Shown here: positions 1 to 11,190 of the stretch, piece after piece | Layout: each line of letters opens with the position of its first letter | How positions within the stretch are numbered: the stretch's first letter is position 1 | NCBI RefSeq assembly: GCF_026571515.1 | Contig: NW_026860905.1 | Span: forward strand, 1 to 64,000 | Length of the DNA: 64,000 nucleotides | Direction: 5' to 3' | DNA from: Ruditapes philippinarum | Taxonomy: Eukaryota | Notes under the pieces: generated by a model | What the model saw: the letters and a program-made list of their open reading frames with translations, nothing else | Databases searched by the model: none | Told to the model about the DNA's origin: nothing | Translations under genes and position numbers: made by a program

Positions 1-198
1 AAATCAATTATTTTACGGGTTGTCTTGATAGCACTGTACTGGCGCCGCAACACAACGATGGGTCGACAATTGAAGTTTGGGCTGGAAAATAATGACGGCT
101 TTGAAAACAAGACTTACAGATACGATACTAACTCGGAACAAGTGACTGAAACAAGAGATGGGTTAAGTTTACGAACAATGAGTGAATCCAGTAGTTAA
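1..198 (+). CDS. 3' end of a gene (partial); probable end of a TM segment and cytoplasmic tail of a single-pass membrane protein
   Basis: Frame 1 is open from the window edge to TAA 196-198: KSIILRVVLIALYWRRNTTMGRQLKFGLENNDGFENKTYRYDTNSEQVTETRDGLSLRTMSESSS*. It shows a hydrophobic stretch, a basic stop-transfer RR and an FENxxY (NPxY-like) motif. AT-rich 3'UTR follows, with AATAAA near 412. Confidence 0.55.
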   Translation, partial: KSIILRVVLIALYWRRNTTMGRQLKFGLENNDGFENKTYRYDTNSEQVTETRDGLSLRTMSESSS

Positions 199-748
199 AG
201 TGCTTATTTTGTTTTTATTTTGTCTGTATGCATATTGTATCACTTAAGTTGATATGAATTAGTGTTAATACTCATTTATAGCCAATTATAGGTTGGGCTA
301 TTCTGTTGCATTTGATGTATTTTTGGTCTTAGGAATGTTGAGTTGTTTTGTTAAGCGTTTCATTTTTTACAAAAAATGTACAATGCAATATTTATGCTGA
401 ATATTTCTTGAAATAAATAGCTTTATTTTTTACAGGAGTTTATTTCTACAGGGAAAACATTTATTCTCAAGATATCTACAATAACTTATTTTGTATTGAA
501 ATTATTTGTCAAAAAGTGAAGTTTACATAGGAAACGGTTGAGAATCATAAATATATGTAAATGTGCAATATATAATGTGCAATGTTTTTTTGGGGTTTTT
601 TTGTTTTGTTTTTTAAATATTATAAAATGCAATATTGTTTTTAAAAGTCGGTAGTGTATTTTACAATGCAGTTCTCTCATTGTTTCCCGTTTTTTAATAC
701 AAGTCATTTTATAGCAAAATATATCCCAGATTCAAATATATGTTAAAC

Positions 749-783
749 CACGGATTTATATTACAGTGTAATATAAATCCGTG
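749..783. mobile_element. 35-bp palindromic DNA-transposon remnant (P-element-type excision footprint) with 7-bp TSD
   Basis: CACGGATTTATATTACA-G-TGTAATATAAATCCGTG (17+1+17 perfect inverted repeat) flanked by the direct repeat GTTAAAC (742-748, 784-790). Confidence 0.8.
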
Positions 784-2761
784 GTTAAACACGTAAAATT
801 GACATTTTCTAGTGCAGGATAATCTGCATTTTTACATCCTGTTTACACCCCTGGAAGACAGGTCGCGTGCTTTACATGACGTCATACCTGCGCGCCTTTT
901 ATGAATGAACTGCATTCTTAAAATGACATTTTTGCCGTTATCACGTTGTTAATGCATATGTTACTGTAAGAAAAAGATCTAAATGAAAATGTTAAGTTTT
1001 CATAATTTATTTTCGAAAAATAATAAACATGTAATATGCAAGAAAAATAATCAAACACCGGTTGTCGTCACACACATACAGGAATACATGTATCTAGCTT
1101 TAGGGTAACTATTTAGCGGAATATCAGCAGAGCCTTGTTACCGCCTCGAGCTAGATATTCCAGTGTGTACCGGTAGCCGGTGTTAGATCCTTATAATATA
1201 CAATAAGATATTTGACACGAAAATGCAAATGAGCATATATAATAATGAATAAACTTACTGTTGACACTAGTTTAATAGCTATTTTTTATGAATATTGATG
1301 AAATAGAGGAATTGGTCTGTTTCAAAATAATGTTAAATTTATTCAAGAATTTTTTTTGTATTATGTATACGTTATAAATGTATAATGTACAGATTAAATA
1401 AAGATAAGTAAACAGTGTTGTATTATTTAGAATTTCATTTAAAATTTGACAGGAAAATGTAATTATATCCTGCTAAAAGGAAGTAATATGACTGTACTGT
1501 ATTGTCGTCTGCCAGCATGACCTTATCAGTTGATCATTCCTAGGAATGGAAATCCGATTAACAAAATGTTGCACAGCAAGAGTTTTTTTTTTACAGATTC
1601 CTTACAATACACCAGCGCAGGGCTCTAGCTAGAGCAACATTTGTAAAAGACGGATGTTGTACTATCTACACATTAAAACTGCGCATCATAAGCCATGCAC
1701 ATAACGTATTTGAGAAATTATACGGCCATCGTGTTTGTTTAGCAGTATTATATATGGAGCTTACATTTAGTTGTAAGCTGTATGCCTCCATCTTTATATC
1801 ATTTAAAACCTTGAAAACATTTCGACTGTTTCAAAGTTTCTGATAAATGACTGCTGAATTTTTTTTTATACAGCTCTACATGTATATCTGCTGCAAAAAT
1901 CATTGTCTGAATTAAAAAAATAATACAAATGTACGTCTAAAATGCTTGTGTGAAATAAAAAAGGTAGTTAATGAAATTGCCTAAAAGTGAATGGCGCATG
2001 ATCGGAATCATTCTCAACGGATAAAACCCTTCTCAAAATAGCAGAATCATATTTTGATTCTGTTTACTTAGATATACAATAATTATGTGTGTTAAATGAC
2101 AGAGACATTCTATTTCTCTTTTCTTCGTTCTAGGCTTAATAAGTGTCCATCTGTCCTTTCAAGCACTGCGAGTACGGACCCCGGAAATGTCACCATTTAT
2201 GTCCTTAAATGTTATTATTATATCTACTAAAAGGTGACCTATAAATTTTGAATTCAGTAATTCACTGAACGATACTAAATATGTATGCAAGTCGATTATT
2301 TCGTACTAAGATTTAGCTTTATACCCTTTAATATAAATAATCAAATACTGTCATTGACGAAATATCCGTCCGGATAGCAGTTTAATATTTGGAACTGAAT
2401 CAAATATTGACCTAGCTTTGAGTAATAAATTGCAGTTAAGAAAAGCTGTCAGCGAATTTATGAGATTTTAATAATTTCCCACATGTTATTTAACTTCTAG
2501 AGGTCATGTCAGGCAGACGACAATGAAAATTGCTTTCCGACCGAAAGTAAAAGGGAAATAACCTCTAATGACATAATTGAATTACTAGGTCAGCAAATAA
2601 CAATGAATTATATAAACACCTCGGTCATAATTGGATTTTTTTTTATTATGAATAGAATGAAATAGATTTTGTATTTACTCCAGTTAAAAGGTTTCCAAAT
2701 TACATTCACTGAGTTCAAGTTAAATTCTTATTTACATGTACGTAAAGTGATCTGTGCACAT

Positions 2762-3030
2762 GACCCTTGTGGCTGAACGGTTGCCTTTAATGGTTGAAGC
2801 GTAAGAACTGCAGCCACCGTTTTCATCCCTGCGTGATCGTAAGAGGCGACTTAATGGGTTCGAGTAATTGGAGTCTGTGCATCTTTTAGCTTCAGCAGAT
2901 GTGATGGTTTTGACCCTTGGTGTTGCTTTGAAGTTTGTATTACTAGAGGTTAGCCAAAGTCATCTTTCCTGTTTCGGCGCCATATGACCTATACTGTGTT
3001 GATGCGCAGTAAAACCAACCAAACAAACGA
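2762..3030 (+). mobile_element. SINE-like element (probably tRNA-derived)
   Basis: GC-richer block with a degenerate A-box-like head (GTGGCTGAACGGTT), internal CCTGCGTGATCGTAAGAGGCGACT core, and a 3' end TGTGTTGATGCGCAGTAAAACC followed by an (AAAC)n tail typical of invertebrate SINEs. Confidence 0.5.
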
Positions 3031-3640
3031 TATGTGCATAGAGGCTGCAGCTTACACTTCCAGAAGGCCATATCCACCAATCACTTTAAATAGTAATTTA
3101 TTATTACTGTAAACAGTATGGGATTTAAATCTTGAAAATACACATATGATTTATCAATATGTTTATTAATTGAATCACTCATCCAGACTTTTTTCATTAT
3201 GTTTTGTTATTGAAAGTATTTTAGATGACAAATTGTAAGCTCCAATTGCCGTAAGAGAACAATATATTTTTTTGAAAATGTTGCATTATTTATAAAGCAT
3301 ATAAATTACATGCGATAATTATTCAAACTTTATTTCCAGTAATAATGTATAATTCAAAACCAGGCATGGTTTATATACATTGCATGCTTAATCACAGATC
3401 GATTTAAACTCAATACTACAGTTGTGAGAGAACTTCATTATGCATTAGAGAACAGTTTACTTTTTTACTAAAGAACTCATTAACTAAACTTTATTGAGAT
3501 CTTATAACTTTGGAATGATAAGGTATAAATTATGTTTTTTTGCGGGGCGAGACGAAAGCTTCATCGAATGTTCAGAAATATTTGAAACTACCGTGCCGCC
3601 TTGACCCTAGATCCAGTGGCGTAATCAGCTCGATATCCAC

Positions 3641-4028
3641 AAGTCATCTTAAATCATAACACAATAATTGAGCCGCGTCATGACAAAACCAACATAATGG
3701 GTTTGCGACCAGCTTCCGCGCAGTCTGATCAGGATCCATGCTGTTCGCTATCAGTTTCTTTACTTGTTATAGGGTCTGTAAGCGAACAGTATGGATCCTG
3801 ATTAGACTGCGCGGATGCGCAGGCTTGTCTGGATCCATGCTGGTCGCAAACGCATTATGTTGGTTTTGTCGTGACGCGGCTCATATCATTTATCATGCAA
3901 TATGTTTGTTTTGTCAAGGACAAAATCCTAAATTTCGTTGGATTTTAAATCACAAAACAAAACATCATATGTCCTAGACAGAACAAACATTGCATGATAA
4001 ATAATTGTGTTATGATTTAAGATGGCTT
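3641..4028. mobile_element. Fold-back MITE (host) interrupted by a nested MITE
   Basis: AAGTCATCTTAAATCATAACACAATAATT (3641-3669) is inverted at ~4000-4028. The left arm resumes after the nested element (TTTATCATGCAATATGTTTGTT vs AACAAACATTGCATGATAAA). Confidence 0.65.
3670..3882. mobile_element. Non-autonomous MITE (GAGCCGCG...CGCGGCTC; Sola-like), copy 1
   Basis: Long TIRs GAGCCGCGTCATGACAAAACCAACATAATG / CATTATGTTGGTTTTGTCGTGACGCGGCTC. Same family at 35998 and 43193. Confidence 0.85.
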
Positions 4029-5071
4029 ATAGGCCCATTGGGTCGGGTGTGGTTGTGTTATTTATAATCTATAAATAACCATAATTTGTATGTACACATA
4101 CGTCACGATTAAAATACAGATTTCTGATCTGATCTGATCTACTTGTACGCCACACGGCGAATGATATTGTCGTCCAAAGTATCAAGGATAGAATCGGTCA
4201 TTTTTCTTTTGCAAGAAAATAATGCGGTATTTTCTTTAATGATTCTGCCAAAGACTTTTATTACAAATAATATAAAGCTCCACGACAGAAAAAAATGAAA
4301 AAGCAAAATAATCATTTATCTCAAATTAAAACCGAAAACAGTTTATTCATTTACATATTCTTTAATCAAACACAACTTATTTGTTTAAGTTCAATGGTCT
4401 TCTAATGCTTAAGTCAAATAAAATAAATATATGTTCTTTTCTGTCCTACTTTCCGATAAGATCTACATGTAAGAACAATGTAATTAAAACAATAAACTTC
4501 TCGTTCGTGTCCTAAGACTGCATGCAGGCTTTAATAGCAGAAAAGACAGTAAATTTAATTAAGGAAGAAGAAAAAAAGTTTTATTGATATTGGTTCTTTA
4601 TAATAAATCTTTCACCGCCTCATTGAATGAAGTAGTTAAATAACAAATAAATTACAACATGATAGTTGAAATTTAAATACAGCAATTGATTGTGCCGGCC
4701 GCATTGTTTACATTATTTCGATCGTAAACTTCTGTTCAATATTGATAAATTATTATGTACCCTAAAACTATTTTTGTATTCGGTGGCATTTAAACCAAAT
4801 TGTAAATAATGTACAAGACTGTAGGCTAGTTGACAATTTGGTAGCATTACAAAAATTTAATTATTGAAGACTTCTTTGTTTATTTTGCTCATAATGGGAA
4901 TTTGTGCCAATATTTTCAGCATTTTCATTGTGAATGTCATTGTTTCTACGTTGAAAAAAGTTTAAACAGATAATGAAATACAAAACCTCAGGAGACTATA
5001 GGAGTCGCCAATAAATCGGAATTGTTCCATACAGGTATTATTGTACTTGTATTGTTATTTCTCAAAGATTG

Positions 5072-5273
5072 ATTGGCGATATAAAGGACTTTAATTGTGT
5101 GTTACGAGAGTGTATATAATTATACCATACTTTAAATTGTCGCTCAAGCGGGTTTTTAAAAAAATTAAATTATGCAAGACAAGCGAAAATTGTTAAACGG
5201 CTGAAATAAGTTAAGTTTTTCTTCTTCTCCCTGCTGCGGACATTTTGTGGATAACGGAAGATAAATCGAAAAG
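5072..5273 (+). promoter_or_regulatory. Candidate promoter and non-coding first exon of the KY/hillarin-like gene
   Basis: Reverse CCAAT (ATTGG 5072) and TATAAAG (5080), followed ~190 bp later by a good donor AAG|GTAACT (5273). The first coding exon at 11163 starts with an acceptor, so an upstream exon must exist. Confidence 0.3.
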
Positions 5274-5868
5274 GTAACTAGTATATTTTCGTCTATATTT
5301 TTAATTATATTCTTATTTATATATGTATGAATGTTTTATGTTTTAAGCGTATCTAAACAAGACGCATATTTGTGAATTATTGAGAATACTAAACGGGATT
5401 TTAGAATGCAGGATACGTTTACGTTCAGTGTTGTCCTCGTCAGTTCATGTGACTGGTTATATAGTTATTTATTATCACAAAGTATTTGTCTTTATTAGTT
5501 GTATTGTAAATATGCAAATTGGGATTAATAGTGAAGTCCCTATGTACTAAAATTTTCGTTTTTCCCCGACCGAAGTGTTCCATAAATGGAAAACATATAA
5601 AATATGATTTAATACTTAATTAAGGTCCAATGAAAGTATAAAGACAATTCAAAAGATAAACGGAAAATTGGTCTGCTTAATGGTTAACACCTTTAAATTT
5701 GAAATACCTTTTTTTTAAAACATTTTATGTAAGTGAATATTTTTTGTAATATAACCGGAAGAAACGTTAACACTGTTAAGATTGGACTATATGATATGAT
5801 TATGGAATGTGATTTAATTTGAATATTGTGTATGGTGATATATTTTGTACAATTTTGAAATATAGTTT

Positions 5869-5896
5869 TCTGCTCTGTTCTGTTCTGTTCTGTTCT
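5869..5896. repeat. (TTCTG)n microsatellite
   Basis: tctgctctgttctgttctgttctgttct. Confidence 0.8.
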
Positions 5897-7303
5897 ACTC
5901 GGTTCTGTAATACGAGAACGTATAAAAAATTCAATTTGACATTTGCTAAACAAACATAATAATGAATTGGATCTTGATTCTGGCATTAACATAAAAGATT
6001 CAATACGATTAAACAGTTTTATCAGGATTATTATAAAGGAAAGTATATGTTTAATGCGGTAAAATCCCTCTTGCTTGACCTCACGTCTTCACCGTTAATT
6101 GAAATTCTACAATAAGTGCAATAATTAATCGAATGAACACCTCTTCGTTATATTAAATTATTGATGAGTTTTTTCGTCTACTGTAATAGGTGTTATAATA
6201 TATTGTAATGGGAGGGGTATTAAAGCTACAGGTTAAGATTAATGCCGCTGTCATTGGGTAGAGAACACATATCTAATTTACCGGAATTATTAGAGGTATT
6301 TAATTCAAAATATTGCCTATATTGTTTCAAATTTTGACTATTCTAACTTTGATTTTATCTACATTTATTGATAAACTTGTCGCATATGGTTGATATATAC
6401 AGAGATAATAAATTATTCTTGGATAGTTTTCTATGCAATAAATATGTAAATTCCATTATGTATGTTTTAAAGTTTGGATTATGACTGATATACATGTATG
6501 TAGTGTTTTACTTTTTGATCAAACGTACATAATAAGCATTTGGATCTTCTACGTATACATGTAGAACAATATAGAGTGACTACTACATCCTAAGTTTTTT
6601 TTTAATTGTAAAAGCCTTGATCCATATTTTCTCATTACCCCATCAAATCTCATTTTCCTTTATTGTGTTTTTCTATATTTTCTCGATTTGAATTTCCAAG
6701 ATCATATTTATTATTTTCATTTGCCCTTCTATGATAATTGATATACTCTCTAAAAACTTAAATTGAATCATTTTTTCTACTATGTATGGTAGTTTTTAAT
6801 AATATGTTGTAACTGTTTTTTAAGCTATCTATCCAAATAGCGCAATTAACTTTTTTTAAATGCTTTTTTACGCTTATTGCGTGCCACACGAACCTTTTAA
6901 CAACCATATAACGTAACAAAAAGATAAAAAGAATACTATTGGTTATTTGATTTTCCATTGTAATAAAAATGAATGAAATTCTATTGCAAATTTAATTTAG
7001 ATCAAAAGCAAATATTTGTTTATTTATTATTACACTGATATTTTTGTTGAATTTGGAGTCACATCGTTATTGTTAAGGCCAGCTTGACGCATTATTTCAG
7101 GTCACTTTTTATAAGGCAACTCGAAAGCTTCCCTACATGACAAATTACTATGATCATAGTTTAATTCGAATAAGGAGTTTAATAAGCCTCTTACAATATT
7201 GTATTCGTACATATTTATATTAACTATATATACAAGCGGAATATCCTCTTAACTTTTATCATATACTCCAATCAGTATACTCTAATTGCCTGCTTAACTT
7301 TAA

Positions 7304-7643
7304 AGGGACTCCCTCGAGTTTTTTTTTACTTGATGGGACTGGATTATTTTCACGATTGTTATGTACCATTTGATGTAAGTTTATAACGATAGCTTATGAG
7401 CAAATTTTTAGATTATTTCCTCACCCCGTTTTTCAAGAATAATAATTTTTATTATGTAAAATGTCCCAAAGATGAAAAGCGTGAAGTTAGGTCAACAATA
7501 GCATAAAAATCGTAGTTCGATTTTATTCTGAGTATATTTCAACACCAACCTTTGCAGATTTTTTCATTTGAAGTTTTTCACATGATCCCTGTAAGATTTT
7601 CAAATTTTATATTTTTAGGCTTTTTGACCTCAGTGGAGTTCCT
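7304..7643. mobile_element. Kolobok-like MITE, copy 1
   Basis: TTAA|AGGGACTCC...GGAGTTCCT|TTAA: TTAA TSD and purine-purine termini. Related termini at 27276-27640. Confidence 0.65.
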
Positions 7644-10600
7644 TTAACTGCTTAACATGATCTTACCCTTTCTTAAAATCAGCACGAACTGAAAATATCA
7701 AGAATACATATTAAAGCGAAGATCAGATTAAAAGATCGCTATAATATTTGTATTTATGATTTTTTAAACAGAAATGGCTATAACCGTTTACTTATCCGAT
7801 TTAGATATCATTTTAAGTTTTAAAACTGGATATAAAAATAATTTTATTATTTCATGAGAACAGCTGATAAGCTTTTTACCCTAGTTTAACTTCATAAATC
7901 TACATAAACATTTAATATATCAAGGCACCGCCGGTAGGGGATCTATCGCAATGTAGCAATCCTATGTTAATACGCTATCTTTAAGTTTATTTAAATTGGA
8001 ATTAAATAGTCTCAGGTTGAACAGATAAACTAGGCCTAGTTATAAAGCTCTTCTGTTATTTTAATCCTTTGTGGCCACAATCAATAAATTGTATTGTTTT
8101 AATTAAATAGGGCAAAAATTGATTAAAACGTCGACCACAAAGGATTGTTTTAGTTCATTCAGTGTCTCTTTAAAGTAATGATATGTTTTATATCATTAAT
8201 ATTCTTGCAAGCTTAAGGTGACTAAGGTCACAAAAGTCATATGAGATTTATTATAGGTGTAGATCGTTCTTACACTGGCTATAAAAGTTATATCATGCAA
8301 AATTTGATAAATTGTCAACAAGGGCGAATCAAGCGCTTAAGCTGAACCAAAGAGAACAAATAATAAACGGCAATATTATGTATTTCTGGCTTCGAGTACC
8401 AGTTGTAAGTTTGAATCCCACTTTGTATGTTAAATACATGCGAAGCTTGCAAATGGAAAACAAAAAACCAAAAAAACCAAAAACATCTGCCAACTGTAAT
8501 GATGGAATGTTTTCTTATAGTAGTACTTGTGGAACTCAAATCCTTACAATAATTAAATAAATAATGTCAATCAATAAATTGATATAACTGATAGATAAGG
8601 TCATTCATTAAGGAATAGATGCGGCAATTTAACAGTTTTTCTCACTAGCGACATGTTTTCGTATCATTTAAGTTTTATTCGCCGCTGTTGGTTTTTGTAA
8701 GGAAGAGATGTGAAATCTTCCGAGAAACATAATTTGATCGTGTAAGGTAAATGTATGTACACGTATGGTACATAATAACCATGTAACCTTCTAATACGCT
8801 AATAGATATAGTACACGAGAAAGAATAAAAAGTGATTATCATGACAGTCGAGCTTGCAGAAGAAATTTGGTCACGAAGTTGGCTATGCAGAGATAGTTCT
8901 CTTTCTTGTCTCAACACCATCATTTCATGCTTTCAGTAACTGGAAATAAGCACATCCCGGAAATTAAAAAATGGTTGTGATTGAAAGCATTTTCATGAGA
9001 TGCTAAGAAATAGCAATACCAATTTAGTAACCATAACCAGTTTAGTTTATTCTTAACCAAATTATTGAAGCATACGCAAATGTGTGTGTTTTTTTACAAA
9101 AATTAAAGTATTTATAAGTAATGTGTTGGAGCGTTTACACAACATTTACTGATGGATATTTTTTGTAAATGTTCACGATTTCGTAACCTAAAATGACATG
9201 ATGTAGCCAAAGTGTAACCGCCACGTGCCCGGATGATAGCCTCACCCTTTCTCCTCGTACTACCAGTAAGGCGTCTAGCTATTGCGATTTTGAGGTAAAT
9301 TTTGACATTCTTGGTGCAGAGCTTGTTCCAGGTTGACTACAGGTGGTTCATACCATTGCCCAAATAAAATTGAAAATTTCAGCTGTGGTCATGTCAAAAT
9401 TGAGGCCAAATGCCGGGTGTGTTAAATTAATTTCCAGTTTTGCGTTGTATATCATACTAATAAGTGATCTGTTATAATTGTACAACTATGTACAAGATGT
9501 AACACATGCATATTTTAAGACCATTTTTTAGACCATCACACTCTAAAATGCTGGTTAGAAATAAGTTTTTTTTTTATTTTCTTAAATGTCTAGTCGGGAA
9601 CTTATGGAACTGTAAACGGTTATAATAAAATCTGATCGCTAATCCTTGAACTGAAAACAATCACATTTAAGGCCAATGACCGTTAAATTTTGCAAACTTG
9701 CAATATTGTAAATCAAGATCAGAGAATAAAAGAAAACTATAACTCGTAAAAACATTATAATAGTATAAAAGAAATATTTAAGTATAGCACACTTATATGT
9801 CGCCAGTCAAATATCAACAACCCTTGTATGATCAATTTAAATTAAGTATCGATTACTTTTTATTAACATTAATGATTACTTATTTTATAATCATTGAACG
9901 CAGAATGAAAACCATAGTCGCTTAAAAGCCGTACTGTAGTGCCCATCCTAAAAACGCACTGAAGACTCCGTGAGTCCCACAAGACACCGTAAAAACTCAG
10001 TATAAGCTCAATAAATGATATGGGACGACCACCTGAAAATACTAATTGGTAAACAAAAATGCATCGGGGTTCTTAGAACGACTACAGCGTTTTCCGAAAA
10101 ATATCCGTCTTGGTGGCCGATATTTAACGCCATGTTAGCGTTACGGGGGTATGATGAAGCAAAAACTGTTATAGTTGAAGATATACTTCTTTAGTTATTC
10201 CTTTGATATTGTCCGCTTTTGGCTCACTACCTTAAAATGCACAATAGGGGTACTTTATACATTTTGTATTGTTTGACAAATTGGCAGATTTTCATATTGA
10301 AACAAAATAACACCTTCATGACTATTTACATATGCTTGTTGTCGTGTTTAGGTAAAATAAAAACTAATAGTAAAACTTTACGATGACAGTTTACGATTGC
10401 ATGTCCGCTTTAAACTAGTAAAGATGATAAATTCAGTAAAAGTATGAATTATTAAATACTTTGCACAACTAACTACTAATAATACATGTGTATAGCATTA
10501 CATTAGAACCAAATATAATGTCGGATAGACTTTTTTACAGATGTTCATTACTAACCGTGTCTATCTCCTTCCCCGACCAAATTTGTATGATTAATTTTGA

Positions 10601-11190
10601 TAGTTTGAGGGAATTCAGAATCAAAATACGAAACTTACAGCGTCCAACCAGAGCTTGGTCGGTGAACATCACTATTAACGTTTAATATACATGTATTGAT
10701 AGGTTATGTACCTGGTCTGTTAGCTGTTTGATGTATCTCATAGTGAATCGATTAAAAAATTTGCAATATATAATACTTAAGTTTAAATACAAAGGCACAT
10801 TTATAAACAAAAGTGTTTTTTTTCCAAGTTATATTAAAGCACCTACTGATTAATAATTCATGTTTAGGTAATAAAACCTGCTGGTCAACATATACAAACT
10901 GCTGATGAAAAGAAAACTAGTTGACCTTATAAGAGAGTTTGAAGACACTGTTTGCCAATATGATTATACCGGATATAGATACATGTTTAGTTTCTTACAT
11001 CACGCACAGAAACAAATATTTGCAGAAATAAATGTAAACACTCCATTTCAAAATTTGAAATAGTTTCAAGATGCGAGAGAAAATTTAATTTGGTTCGGAT
11101 TCACTTTCAGATTGAAAAAGTTATGTTTATTCAATAGAAAATGTGATTAAATATTATTTCAGGAAGGGGTATAAAGTAGAAGGACCTAAG

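Noticed and set aside
3738-3977. ORFs at 3738, 35896 and 43298 as proteins
   Set aside because: They are translations of the same MITE family.
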